From positions 1-64,000 of IMG/VR virus record IMGVR_UViG_3300028559_000025: 64,000 nt of DNA; one strand, written 5' to 3'. Positions 1 through 11,600 of the stretch are shown one piece after another. Each line of letters begins with the position of its first letter. The stretch's first letter is position 1. The position numbers and the translations under genes were made by a program. The DNA comes from a virus. Below the pieces are notes generated by a model. It was not told the DNA's origin and ran no database searches. It saw only the letters and a list, made by a program, of their open reading frames with translations.

Positions 1-74
1 CTCCCATAACCCCCCCATTTTAAATAAAGTGATAGTACTACTCATATTCTGATATAATAGCAGTGGAGGTCACA

Positions 75-413
75 ATGTCATTAATAGATGAATTAAATAA
101 CAAAACTGTATTTGAGCTAAGATCTTATGCAAAGAAAAACAATATTGACCTATTCGGGGTAAGCACAAAAAAAGATATATTAGAAGTAATTTTTAGTTTT
201 GTACCAAAAGAAACAAAAGAGCCAGTAGTTAAAAAAAAAACACCAACAGAAAAGGTTGCTATATATTCATTGCGTAACATGAGCTGGAATGGTGTTGGAG
301 AGTTGACTAAGGGCTATAACATAGTCACTGTAGAGGAGGCTGAAAAATGGGTAACAAACAAGTCCGTTCGTACAGCCACCCCAGAAGAAGTGAAGAGAGC
401 ATACGGTAAATAA
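75..413 (+). CDS. Small virion-region protein with N-terminal Rho_N/HeH-like helical motif
   Basis: ELNNKTVFELRSYAKKNNI...KKDILEVI resembles HeH/Rho_N; GGAGG at 65-69 before ATG 75; TGATATAAT at 50-58. Confidence 0.55.
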   Translation: MSLIDELNNKTVFELRSYAKKNNIDLFGVSTKKDILEVIFSFVPKETKEPVVKKKTPTEKVAIYSLRNMSWNGVGELTKGYNIVTVEEAEKWVTNKSVRTATPEEVKRAYGK

Positions 414-416
414 CCC

Positions 417-1379
417 ATGGAAGCTTTAAGAGTCCCACCATATCCTATTCTTATTACGTATACCGTCGCAGAACCAAATACGGAACATATAGTAGAAATC
501 ATGGATAAAGATAGAAATGATATTCTTGCAGAGTATGAGGTAGACTCTTCTGCAGATTCAAAGATTGCCATAGAGGTTTCTGGAGATCTTACTAAGTATG
601 ACGATAGCTACTACTTGGTTGTTTATCAGGAACTAAGAGAGCAAGACTCAATAGTGGTTGAAGATAACCTAGAAATTAAAAGACCTTACGTTAATCCTCA
701 AAAGCTTGGAACTACTGCATCAGAAATAGCTGAGTACGCACAGTATGAAAGAATAGCAAGAGCAATCATTGACTCTGTAACTGGTGGATTTTATTATAAA
801 GTAGAGTGGCTTGATACCACTGGACAAGCTACTGACTACCTACCTATCTGGGACAGAGTTTACAAAATTTTACAAGCTTATGAAAACTCATCTTTAGTTT
901 ATGATGCAAGTCTAGCAGAACCTGTTCTTGGTGAATGGTCATACGATCTAAGTAAAGATAAAACTGCCATTGTTAAAAATGCACAAACAACAGGTCTAAT
1001 TGAAAATAGGTCTCAGCAAAAAGGTTTAAATCTTCAAGTTGCTCCATCAGATTCATTTAATGTTTACGATACAGACTACAGCGAAAATGCATATACATTT
1101 TCTACTGGAGTAGCATTTCCAGAAGGTTGGGACTATTTGTTCTTACTTGAAATAGGATATAAGGTTGTTCCACACGACATTTATGAAGCAGCAATGATGT
1201 TAATTGAAGATATTAAATGTGGAAAAATAGATTATTACAAGAGATATGTAACTGCTTATAATACAGAACAGTTTAGAATTCAGTTTGATAAAACAGTTTT
1301 AGACGGTACTGGAAATATGCTAGTTGACAAGATCCTTGATAAATACAAGAAGAGTATAACAAGAATTGGTATTCTTTAA
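417..1379 (+). CDS. Head-tail adaptor (neck) protein
   Basis: Position before the tail genes; C-terminal VPHDIYEAAMMLI...VDKILDKY is typical of adaptors. Confidence 0.65.
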   Translation: MEALRVPPYPILITYTVAEPNTEHIVEIMDKDRNDILAEYEVDSSADSKIAIEVSGDLTKYDDSYYLVVYQELREQDSIVVEDNLEIKRPYVNPQKLGTTASEIAEYAQYERIARAIIDSVTGGFYYKVEWLDTTGQATDYLPIWDRVYKILQAYENSSLVYDASLAEPVLGEWSYDLSKDKTAIVKNAQTTGLIENRSQQKGLNLQVAPSDSFNVYDTDYSENAYTFSTGVAFPEGWDYLFLLEIGYKVVPHDIYEAAMMLIEDIKCGKIDYYKRYVTAYNTEQFRIQFDKTVLDGTGNMLVDKILDKYKKSITRIGIL

Positions 1380-1825
1380 TGCAATGCGAAGCAACAGACT
1401 TTATGTACCCAATGCTTGCAGACATCTATTACCCAATAGTTGATCAAGGAGCATACGGCAACTTAAAAAAACAATGGGTTCTTGATAGGTCCATAGCCTG
1501 TAATTTTGCTCCAACTGGGCAATCTGCTTCAGAAGAAGTAAAGCCAAATGTTAATATCAGCAAAGAAAATATTTTACTTGGTAGGACAAAGACTGACCTT
1601 CGTATAGCCTCTAATAATGCAAGAAACTCAATTACAAATGTTGTAGTTACAAATATTAGAACACAGCAGCAAAGCAATATATACATGGAAACCTCTGGAA
1701 CAAGAGATGGCAAGTCCACCCTTTATGAAATAGCATCAAGCGAAGCTATAGTGGGTCCATTTGGAAATGTTGAATACTATAAGGTTGTATTGCGAAGATC
1801 AGAGAATCAGGCAAGTGACCTCTAA
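1379..1825 (+). CDS. Head-closure (stopper) protein
   Basis: 148 aa, beta-rich, coupled to the adaptor gene; synteny. Confidence 0.55.
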   Translation: MQCEATDFMYPMLADIYYPIVDQGAYGNLKKQWVLDRSIACNFAPTGQSASEEVKPNVNISKENILLGRTKTDLRIASNNARNSITNVVVTNIRTQQQSNIYMETSGTRDGKSTLYEIASSEAIVGPFGNVEYYKVVLRRSENQASDL

Positions 1826-2496
1826 TGAAAGTTATAATGAATGACGTCATGTTCAAAAAAGAGATGAAAAATATTATTGATTACTCTGTTGGATTTTTAG
1901 ACGGTATCAAAGCAGGAAAAACAAAGTTTTTGAACAACATAGGAATAATGACAAAAGAATTACTAGAAGAATATATTGACACAAATGCCAGGGTAAATCC
2001 AAAAGCACTACACCATATATATGAATGGTCTAAAGTGGGAAGTCCTGATGCACGTCTATATGATATAAACTACACAATAAGCAACCTTGGCCTTTCGTTT
2101 GTGTCAACGATGAAGCAATCAACATCAATTAAGGATGGCTCATCAGTACCTTTTTATAACAAGGCTAAAATTATGGAACAAGGAACTCCAGTAACCATTA
2201 GACCAACAAGATCAAGCGTGTTGGTTTTTGAAGATGGTGGAGAAACATTCTTTACTAAAGGCGAGGTTGTAGTAGATTCACCTGGAGGAATAGAGACAAC
2301 AGGCTCTTTTCAAAAAGTTGTAGACACATTTTTTAATAGATATTTTACACAAGCATTTTTAAAAACAAGTGGTTTGCATGAATACTTAAGTAACCCACAA
2401 GTTTATAAAAGAAATTTAGCATCAGGAAAAACAATGGGCAGATCAAAAGGTTTGCAGGTTGGTTATAGATGGATAGCGAATGCGGGGATTAGATAA
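1825..2496 (+). CDS. Neck/tail-completion protein
   Basis: Synteny between stopper and terminator; overlapping stop/start. Confidence 0.5.
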   Translation: MKVIMNDVMFKKEMKNIIDYSVGFLDGIKAGKTKFLNNIGIMTKELLEEYIDTNARVNPKALHHIYEWSKVGSPDARLYDINYTISNLGLSFVSTMKQSTSIKDGSSVPFYNKAKIMEQGTPVTIRPTRSSVLVFEDGGETFFTKGEVVVDSPGGIETTGSFQKVVDTFFNRYFTQAFLKTSGLHEYLSNPQVYKRNLASGKTMGRSKGLQVGYRWIANAGIR

Positions 2497-3122
2497 TGGC
2501 TAATGATTCACTTTTAAATACACCCGTTCTCTGGGTTAATAAATATCTTGAAGATAAGATTCCTTTGCTAACCAACATTGAAGTTCCCCTATTTCCTTCA
2601 ACCCCCTCAATACTAGATGACCTAACTGGGTCATTTCCAGCAGCTGGTGTTATGGGCACATGGGATAGACTTGTAAAGATGAACCGTAAAACTCTGCCAC
2701 ACATTAAAAGTGAGCAAATATTATATTATTTTTATGCTACCGCAGAAAATACCATAGAAAATATGGTTCAAATACAAGAGGCTGTTCTTAGACTTATGGA
2801 TCGCCTAGATGAAACAGCAGAAGAAGTAAATAACTGGTGCTCAAATAGAGCCATAAATATAGGTACAGAAGCAATCCCAAATTTAATAGAAAATATGTTC
2901 TATTTTCATAACTTTAAGATATACCAGCTTGAAGAGACAAGAGATATCATAGACTTTGGAACTGCCCGTACTTATGGTGGAAATAAGATAATTATTGATT
3001 TTGAGTACCACCAGATGCCAGAACTAACCTCAAATAACTGGTCTCCAGAGACACCCCCTTCTAGTGGGCAGGGCTATGAGGTAGCATCAATAAACGGAAA
3101 GACTAAAAGAATAGTTATATAA
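2496..3122 (+). CDS. Tail terminator-like protein
   Basis: Directly upstream of the major tail protein; synteny. Confidence 0.5.
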   Translation: MANDSLLNTPVLWVNKYLEDKIPLLTNIEVPLFPSTPSILDDLTGSFPAAGVMGTWDRLVKMNRKTLPHIKSEQILYYFYATAENTIENMVQIQEAVLRLMDRLDETAEEVNNWCSNRAINIGTEAIPNLIENMFYFHNFKIYQLEETRDIIDFGTARTYGGNKIIIDFEYHQMPELTSNNWSPETPPSSGQGYEVASINGKTKRIVI

Positions 3123-3199
3123 AAGGCTGTTATAATTGTTTTGAGGAAACAAAACGCCGTACAACTTAATATATACCCTAATAGAAAGAGGTAAAATAA

Positions 3200-3835
3200 A
3201 TGGCATACAGTCGTGGAACTAATACCAACATTATTGTTGGTGCAGCTGCACTTTTTATTGCAGATGAAGTTCTGACTCCAAATACATTGGAGACAGCAGT
3301 ATCAAGTGAATCGTTTAGAGAGACTCTCGCAGATGATGCATTTTATACAAACGTAGGTTACACCATGAACGGTCTTGAATTGCAGTTCCAACCTGATTTC
3401 GGTGAAGTACAGGTTGACCAACTTCTTGACGTTGCTAAGCTTTACAAGCAAGGAATGCAAGTAAATCTTGCTACAGCATTTGCTGAAGCAACTCTAGAGA
3501 ACTTGCTTTATGCATTGGCATCAAATGATACACAAATTGAAGGAAACAAGTTATCATCAACAGGAAGAGCTCTTAACCTTTCTGCAGGTGAAATTGGAGA
3601 ATGTCCAGTTGAGCGTGGTATCGTTGCAGTAGGACCAGGAACTGGTGACTGCGAAGATTCAGCATACGTAGAGCGTGTTTACACAGCTTATCGTGCACTC
3701 TCAATTGAGAATGTAACAGTATCTGCAAAGCGTGATGAGGCTTCAATGTTTGAAGTTTCATTCCGTCTTCTTCCAGAGGATGGATCAGGATCATACGGTA
3801 AGATCGTTGATCGTACTTGGACCCTAGGTTCATAA
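3200..3835 (+). CDS. Major tail (tube) protein
   Basis: NIIVGAAALF..VGYTMNGLELQFQPDF..V.VDQ..LAEATLENL-like tube motifs; GAGG RBS; strongly biased codons; followed by a terminator. Confidence 0.8.
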   Translation: MAYSRGTNTNIIVGAAALFIADEVLTPNTLETAVSSESFRETLADDAFYTNVGYTMNGLELQFQPDFGEVQVDQLLDVAKLYKQGMQVNLATAFAEATLENLLYALASNDTQIEGNKLSSTGRALNLSAGEIGECPVERGIVAVGPGTGDCEDSAYVERVYTAYRALSIENVTVSAKRDEASMFEVSFRLLPEDGSGSYGKIVDRTWTLGS

Positions 3836-3854
3836 TAATTAAATAATACGACTT

Positions 3855-3890
3855 GGCCCACCTTGTAATGAGGTGGGCTTTGTTGTTTTT
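3855..3890 (+). terminator. Rho-independent terminator
   Basis: GCCCACCT(3856-63)/AGGTGGGC(3871-78) stem followed by a T-rich tail. Confidence 0.8.
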
Positions 3891-3909
3891 GTGGTAAACT
3901 TAATATACT

Positions 3910-4626
3910 ATGGCTACAGAGATATATAAAACAAAAAATATTTATTTATTTGACGGTACAGAGGTAGAGGCTATGCCGTTAAAAATTAAATATTTACGAG
4001 AATTTATGGATGCTTTTAAGCATATAAAAGAAACTAAGAATGACGATGAGGCAATGCGGGTTTTATTAGAGTGTACAAGAATTGCAATGAAACAATATTA
4101 TCCAAAGATATCTTCTAGTATAGAAGATTTAGAAGATAATATAGACATGCCAACTGTACACGAAATACTAGACATTGCTGGAAATATTAAAATAGGTGGT
4201 GATGAAGAATCTGATGTTAAAGAGCAGGCACAAAAAGGTGATCCAGGTCCATCATGGGAAGAGTTTGATTTAGCAAAGCTAGAATCAGAGGTATTTTTAC
4301 TGGGTATATGGAAAGACTACAAAGAGTTAGAAGCATCTTTATCTTTATCAGAAATAATGGCAATAATATCAAGTAAGAGAGAATTAGATTATCAAGAGAA
4401 AAAGTTCTTTGCAGCTATTCAAGGGGTAGATTTAGATGAAGCATCTGGGTCTGATCGTGGACAAAAAGAATGGGAAGATATGAAGGCTAGAATATTTAGT
4501 AATGGAGCAACAAGTGATAGTAACGATGTCTTAGCACTACAGGGACAGAATGCTAAAAAAGCAGGGTTTGGAATTGGATATGGCTTAGATTACAACGATG
4601 AAAGAGACCCAAATCTTTTAAAATAA
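3910..4626 (+). CDS. Tail assembly chaperone, long (GT-like) form
   Basis: Lies between tube and TMP; N-terminal ~95 aa is paralogous to 5253-5576; C-terminal half has LGIWKDYKELEASLSLSE, a T-like segment. Confidence 0.65.
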   Translation: MATEIYKTKNIYLFDGTEVEAMPLKIKYLREFMDAFKHIKETKNDDEAMRVLLECTRIAMKQYYPKISSSIEDLEDNIDMPTVHEILDIAGNIKIGGDEESDVKEQAQKGDPGPSWEEFDLAKLESEVFLLGIWKDYKELEASLSLSEIMAIISSKRELDYQEKKFFAAIQGVDLDEASGSDRGQKEWEDMKARIFSNGATSDSNDVLALQGQNAKKAGFGIGYGLDYNDERDPNLLK

Positions 4627-4667
4627 TTAATTGAAAATGGAATGGGAATGTGTGATATACTTATACA

Positions 4668-5210
4668 ATGAAAACATGTTCTTTTGATAGTTGCACAAAT
4701 AAATCAATATCGCTTGGGTATTGTGATAAGCACTATCGTAGATTTAAAAAATATGGAAGTGCTGATAAAGTACATACATTTATCCCCAAGGTATGCTATA
4801 TAGATAACTGTAATAAGCAGTCAAGATCAAAAGGTTTATGTGAGTTACATTATAGGAGGCTAATAAAGACTGGAACCACAGAATACGTAAAGGTAACAAA
4901 ATCATGTTCAGTTATAGGATGTGAGAGAAAACACGTAGCAAAGAGATTGTGTGGAATGCACTATGAAATGAAAACTCAAAAAATATCTATAGATGACAAC
5001 GCTATAAAAATTATTAATAATCATAGTGGTTTCTGTGATATTTGTGGCACTGATTCACCAGGGTTTGGACGTAAAAATTTTTGTATAGACCACAACCACT
5101 CCACTGGGTCTGTAAGAGGAATGCTTTGTCAAAAATGCAATATAGGTCTTGGTAATTTTAATGATGACCCAGAACTTCTAAAAAATGCAATAAACTACCT
5201 TAAAAACTAA
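4668..5210 (+). CDS. Free-standing homing-type endonuclease (EndoVII-like His-Me domain with three Cys/His repeats)
   Basis: Three C-x4-C...C-x2-HY repeats, then CDIC...IDHNHSTGSVRGMLCQKCNIGLG. Confidence 0.8.
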   Translation: MKTCSFDSCTNKSISLGYCDKHYRRFKKYGSADKVHTFIPKVCYIDNCNKQSRSKGLCELHYRRLIKTGTTEYVKVTKSCSVIGCERKHVAKRLCGMHYEMKTQKISIDDNAIKIINNHSGFCDICGTDSPGFGRKNFCIDHNHSTGSVRGMLCQKCNIGLGNFNDDPELLKNAINYLKN

Positions 5211-5252
5211 GCGTATATGGTATAATTGTTTAAACCTATGGGAGGGATCAAC

Positions 5253-5576
5253 ATGGCAACAACAGTGCACGAAGCACAGAAGATCAAGCTAATTGATGGT
5301 ACAGAAATAACTTTAAGACCGCTTAAAATTTCACTTTTGAGAAAGTTTATGGCAAAGTTTGAGGGTATAGCAGCAGTAGTAGATGACAACGAAAAGTCTA
5401 TTGACCTGCTAATGGAATGTGTTCTAATTGCAATGGAGCAGTACAAGCCAGAGCTAGCTACAGACATTTCAGTACTTGAAGATAACATTGATTTGCCTAC
5501 CGTTTATGAGATTGTTGAAGTAGCTTCAGGAATTAAGATTTCTGATGCAGCAACAATGTTCAGCGGTAATGAATAA
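5253..5576 (+). CDS. Tail assembly chaperone, short (G-like) form
   Basis: Immediately before TMP; GGAGG at 5241; paralog of the 3910 N-terminus. Confidence 0.65.
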   Translation: MATTVHEAQKIKLIDGTEITLRPLKISLLRKFMAKFEGIAAVVDDNEKSIDLLMECVLIAMEQYKPELATDISVLEDNIDLPTVYEIVEVASGIKISDAATMFSGNE

Positions 5577-5600
5577 TAACTAAATAAAGAGGTATAGTGA

Positions 5601-8600
5601 ATGGCTGATACTCAGTCCAATATTCAAGTAAACATTGATACTGCTCAAGCACTTGCTAGTATCAAAAACTTGCAGAGACAGATATCAGCCTTTCATTCCT
5701 CAATGGCTAAGGGTGGAGCTGCAGCTAATGCAGTTTCTACCCAGCTTCAGCAAACATTAATTAATTCAATAAACGCTACTGGTCAGTTTTCAGCAGGAAT
5801 AAGAACAATAAGGACTACCACTGAATCTTTTACTAATAGCCTAGAAAAAAATAAATTCTCACTAGGAGAATATTTTAGATACGCTGGTGGTGCAACAAAA
5901 ACTTTCGGCAGACTATTTAAGACTGAACATGACACCATAAATAAAGTAGCAAGAGAAAATGTAAAAGATTTACAAACACAGTATATTCGTCTAGGTCGTG
6001 ATGCTAGCGGAGCAATGAGGTCAATTGCTGTTAGACCTCTAGCTCTTGATATGACTGATCTTGGAACAAGAACACAGATAGCTGCTCAAAAGCAAGCAAT
6101 CTTAAATCAACTTTTAAAACAAGGATCAACCAACCTTCTTAACTTTGGTAAAAATACCCAATGGGCAGGACGCCAGCTTATGGTTGGTTTTACATTGCCA
6201 CTTATTGCAGTTGGATCTGCTGCTTCCAAAACATTCATGGATATGGAAACACAGGCTATTAGATTTAAGAAGGTCTATGGAGATTTATTTACACCCACTG
6301 GAGAATCACAGCAAGCATTAAAGGATATTCAAGAGCTGGGTAAAGAGTTTACTAAATATGGCATTGCAGTTTCAACAACCGTTGGTCTAGCAGCAGAAGC
6401 TGCAGCAGCAGGCTTTAAAGGTGTTGATCTACAAAGACAGACAGCAGCAGCAACCAGACTTTCTATTCTTGGTCAGGTAGAAAGCCAAAAAGCACTTGAA
6501 ACAACTATTGCATTACAAAATGCTTTCTCAATGTCTTCGGAAAATCTTTCGGAATCAATTGACTTTCTTAACGCAGTAGAAAACCAAACAGTACTTTCTC
6601 TTGATGACATTTCAACAGCTATTCCAAAAGCAGCTCCAGTTGTTCAACAACTTGGTGGTGATGTTAAAGATTTAGCTTTCCTTATGACTGCTATGAAGGA
6701 AGGTGGAATTAATGCATCAGAAGGTGCTAACGCACTTAAGTCAGGACTTGCATCTTTAATTAATCCAACTGGCAAAGCAAACGATATGCTTTTGAGTTTT
6801 GGAATTAATGCAAAAAAGATAGTTTTAGATAATAAGGGTGATCTTAAGAAAACTGTTGTTGAATTTGCAACAGCTTTAAACATGCTTGATCCACTTAATA
6901 GAGCTCAAGCCATTGAGCAAATGTTTGGAAAGTTTCAGTTTGCACGTCTTTCTACACTATTTGCAAACGTAACAAAAGAAGGAACTCAAGCATCTCGTGT
7001 TCTTGATTTAGCTGGAGCTTCAGTTCAAGAACTTGCAGGTTTGGCAGAAAAAGAATTAGGCATGACTTCAGAGTCTGCTATGAATAAATTTAAGGGTGCT
7101 GTTGAAAATCTAAAGCTATCTCTTATTCCGCTTGGAGAACAATTCTTAAAAGCAGTAACACCAATTGCTGAATTTATTACAAAAGTATTAGACAAGTTTA
7201 ATGGTTTTAGTGATAATACTAAAAAGATTATAGTTGTACTTACTGGAATAGTTGCAGGCCTTGGGCCAGTCTTGTTGATGACAGTTGGTTTGGTCATGAA
7301 CGGTCTTGCAAACATGATTAAACTTTTTTCATTTTTAAAGTCATCATTTAATAAAACTGGACAGGCAACTGCAATTCTAGGAACTGAAGTTCAGTATATG
7401 ACCACTGAACAAAGAAATGCAGCAGCAGTTGCAGCATCTCTTGATCAGGTTCACACTAAACTTGCACAAACATTTACCTCTGAAACAACAGCAGTTAATG
7501 CACTAACACGAGCATATCAAAGAGCAATTGCAGCTCAGTCACAATTTGTTCCAGTAGCTCCACCCATTACTCGTGGACCAATTAAAAAGTTTGCAGACGG
7601 AAGACCATTAACCGTTGGCGGTACAGGAAATCAAGATTCTGAACTAGCACTCTTGATGCCTGGAGAGACAGTAATACCAACAAAGATGAGTAAAAAGTAT
7701 GGTCCACTTATTAATGCAATGATTGCAGGAAACATACCTGGATATGAGTTTGGAAAAGAAGACGGAACCCCTGGAGCATTTTCTTTTGGCGGAAGAGAGT
7801 TTCCAGTAAGACAAGCCTCAATCCCTTCAGTAAGAAGATTTATAGCACAAATACAACAACTAGGCGGAGTAGTCTCTAACATTGATGATGTTATATTTAA
7901 AGTACTAGAAGATATGACATCGGAACTTGAAAAAGGTGCAAAGATTACCAAGTCAGGCCTTGAAAAAGCTATGGCAGCCAGTAATGTAACTGAATTAGCA
8001 AAAAGCACAAAGGCAGCACAAGGTGGTTTTGAAGGAAATGCTGGCGCAGTAATGGCGCATGGATTGCCTAAGATTACACTAACTCCAGAACAAGTAAAGG
8101 CATTTGAAGGTACAACAGTTGGAACAAGACTAGCAGACAGAGTTCCAGGTGCACCAGTAACTGGATTAAGTAATATGGTGTTTCCAATGCCAGCTGCATT
8201 TAATCAAGACAGAATGACTGGAGCAGAAGGTGCACAGTGGATAGGTCAAAATAGAACAAGGTTTACAACAGATTTTGCTGCACAGGCAGGCCTTAATCCA
8301 AATGATCCAGACTTACTTAGATTTGGAACTGCAGTTGGAAAGGCGCTAAAGTCTGCAGCATATAGAGGTGTAGTTGTAACTCAAGAAGATTTTGAAAGAA
8401 TAATTAGTCAGGCACTGGAAAAAGAAATATTTGATGTTGGAAAAAATACTTCTACTGCAGTTAAAACAGCTTTTGCAGATGCAAAAAAAGTTTCTACACT
8501 TATGTTCCCAACCGTATCCCAATCTGGAAGAACGGGTTATAGTAGAGTTCCTGTTGCAGAAGATATGCGAGGAACAACCGTAGATGGTATACCACTAGCA

Positions 8601-11600
8601 CAAGGGTCATCTTATAAAAATAGAGGCGTTACTGGCGCTCAGCATGAAGCAGCAGATAAGTTTACAATGAAAGCTGTTAGAGCAAGAGTCCGAAGATTCT
8701 TTACTAAAATGCCTAAAGAGGTAGAGCAAGAAGTTAAAGAAGTACTAGATATTAATTCACCATCAAGAGCTACCAAAAAGCTTGGTAATGATACAGCAAC
8801 TGGATTTGTTTCTGGTGTTAAGGAACTTAATGATGAGGCAAGGGCTGCTGGTAAACAGGTAGGCTCATCAGTAGTTTCTGGTGCTACACAAAGTGGAAGA
8901 GCACGCAGGGTAGCCACAAGACCTCAAGGACCTGCACCAATTGGAGCTACACCACAACCAGGCATGAGAATATTGCCAATCGTTCCTCCAAATCCTAAAG
9001 GACCAATTCCTCCAGATCCTAATGGGCCAACTCCAACAACTCAAACAAGAGGGCAGATGCTTGCTGATAGAGCAAGAGGTGTTGGTACAAGAATGAACTC
9101 TATGGGTGGAGGCATGGGTCTTTTGGGAGTCAACATGGGACTTTCAATGCTTCCAGATTTTGCTGGAAAAGGTGTTATACAAGGAGGTCTTGCAGGCGCC
9201 AATCTTGGCATGATGTTTGGTCCTTATGGAATGGCAGCTGGTGCAGCAATAGGATTAGTTACATCTGCTCTTGGCAATTTGATTGAAAAGCAAAAGCAAC
9301 ACAAAGCCATGACAGAGGCAATGTTTAAGTCAAGTTCATCTGTTGCAGAATTTTTTGGTAACGCTGTTGTAAATACAACAATGGAAGTGGGAAGACTTAG
9401 TAGCGCAACTCTGGCTGCTTCATCATCAACAGAAAATTTAGGAAAAAACTTTGGATATACAAATGAAGAACTACAAAGGTTTAGTGATCTAGTTAACTCT
9501 CTACCACAAGGTAATCCTCTAAAAGATATTTTGGTTGGACTAGAAGATGTAACTGATCCAGAAGAAATAAAGAAAATTATAGACAATTTTGTTACAACTC
9601 AAGTTGCTGTTGGCCAAACTCTTCCAGAACAAGCTCAAAAGATCTATGATTTAATTTTAGCTCAAAGTGGCAACCAATCTATGGTTGGGCAATCTTTCTA
9701 TAATTTTAAAACACAGTCTGAAGCTGTTTCTGCTACACTTAAAAATGCACGTAAAAATTCCGTAGATCTTGGTAATAGTTTAATTCAACTAACGGGTGCA
9801 GCATCTAATAGCTCATCTTTAATATTCATAAAATCAATTATTGACGGTATAGCCGCCTCTGGCATCAGCGCAGCAGAAGGTTTAAATGCTATGTACTATG
9901 CCTATATTAGAATAGGAAATCAGGGTGCAGCAGATTCATTACAAAACCTTAGAAGAATTCAGGGACTTACCCAAGCTGAGATAAATAGCCTTATGATATC
10001 TGGTACACAGGGATTTAGTTATCCAGTTGGACAAGATACAACACGTAAAGAAATACTAGAAGCCCAAGCAGAATTTAATAAAACCCTTAAAGAGGAAGGT
10101 CTTGTAAAATCAGGAATAAAGCCGTACAAAAATTTGGCTGATGAAAAAACAATTTCTATTAAAAAAGAAATTGACTTGTTAAAAAAGAGAAAAAAGATAA
10201 TTGATGATCAAATTAAAAAAGAAAAACAAATTACAGATGAATTAAAGAAGCAAAATGACTATAGAGATAAACAATTAAAGATTGACAAAGATATAGTTGA
10301 AGCAAAAATACGTGGAGACTATATTGGAGCTGCTATTCTTTTACAAGAAAAAACAAGCTTAACTGATGAATTTAATAAAGAAAATCAACTTTCAGCATTG
10401 CAGGCTCGTTCTGATGCTCTTCAACAACAGATAGAGGAAAGACAGTCTGTTAGTGATGATATGGTTGCAGCAATTCAATCCACAACAGATGCTGTTACAA
10501 CAGGTTCAGCAAACATTGTCACAGCTGTTAGAGAAGCAGGTGGATTTCCAAGTATAGACGGAGATGGAAGTTTTAAATCACCACTTACTATTGCTTCAGA
10601 TGCGGCATCAATAAAATCATATATAGAATCAGATAAACCATCAGCTGGAGTTTCAAACGAAGGGGTATCTGTAGGCACAGTAGCTCCTTCAGCAATTGAT
10701 GCAGCAAAAGCTTATAATGAAACTTTTGCAGAAAAAATTACTAGGCTGACTCAGCCAGGTCTTAAAACAGAAATGCAAATGCTTGAAGATTATATCAGAA
10801 CCCAGATTGTTTTTCCCCCAGACAAAAAACATATTTTTATTGAGATCAAAGGCAGTGATGGTTTATTTTATAAATTTAAGGTTGCTAAAGATAAAAATGC
10901 AAAAAATGGTTTTATTAGAGTTGGTGATCCAATTAAGAAAGCAGCTGGTGGATACATTGAAAACTTTATGGGTGGAGGAAATGTAAGAGGTGCTGGCACT
11001 GAGACTTCTGATTCTATAGCTGCATATCTTTCAAATGGCGAATATGTTATTAAAGCAAAATCTGTCAAGAAATATGGAACAGAAACTTTTGATGCTCTAA
11101 ATGCTGGAAGGTTTGCTAATGGTGGACTAATTAAAGGATATGATAATGGTGGATTAGTCTCAGGTACAGGTATGTACAGCGGAAGAATGTTTATCCCACC
11201 AAAGTATTCAACATCATATTCTGAACAATACGATCCACGCACCAAGCAACCTTTTAAATTCCCCGCTGAAGGTGAAACTGTTCATTTTATGGAAGACATG
11301 CTGCCACCTTCAATGCGTCCGCAAAAGAGTTTGTTCGGACAATTTAAGCGTCTGTTTACCCCTTCACTTTGGGGAATAGGAAAAGATGTACGGGGTAAAG
11401 ATGTAACAGGTGGAGTAGTAGATCTTCCTTATAATGTTGGATATAAAGGTATTTATAAGAATTTACTATTCCCAACTGCACTAATGCTAGACAGAGCTAC
11501 AAGGCTTGGCCCTAGTGGGCCGTCTGGTCTATATGGTAGCCCATTAGCTGGTACAAATAAAAAGAGAGAGGCTGAACTATTAGCTAGATCTAGAGCAGAA

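Noticed and set aside
231-240. A10 run as a phase-variation site
   Set aside because: In frame (Lys codons) in an AT-rich genome; no other support
4225-4245. CAAAAAGGTGA as a frameshift site in the long chaperone gene
   Set aside because: A -1 shift would reach TGA, but the site is not an X-XXY-YYZ heptamer and a separate short paralog already exists
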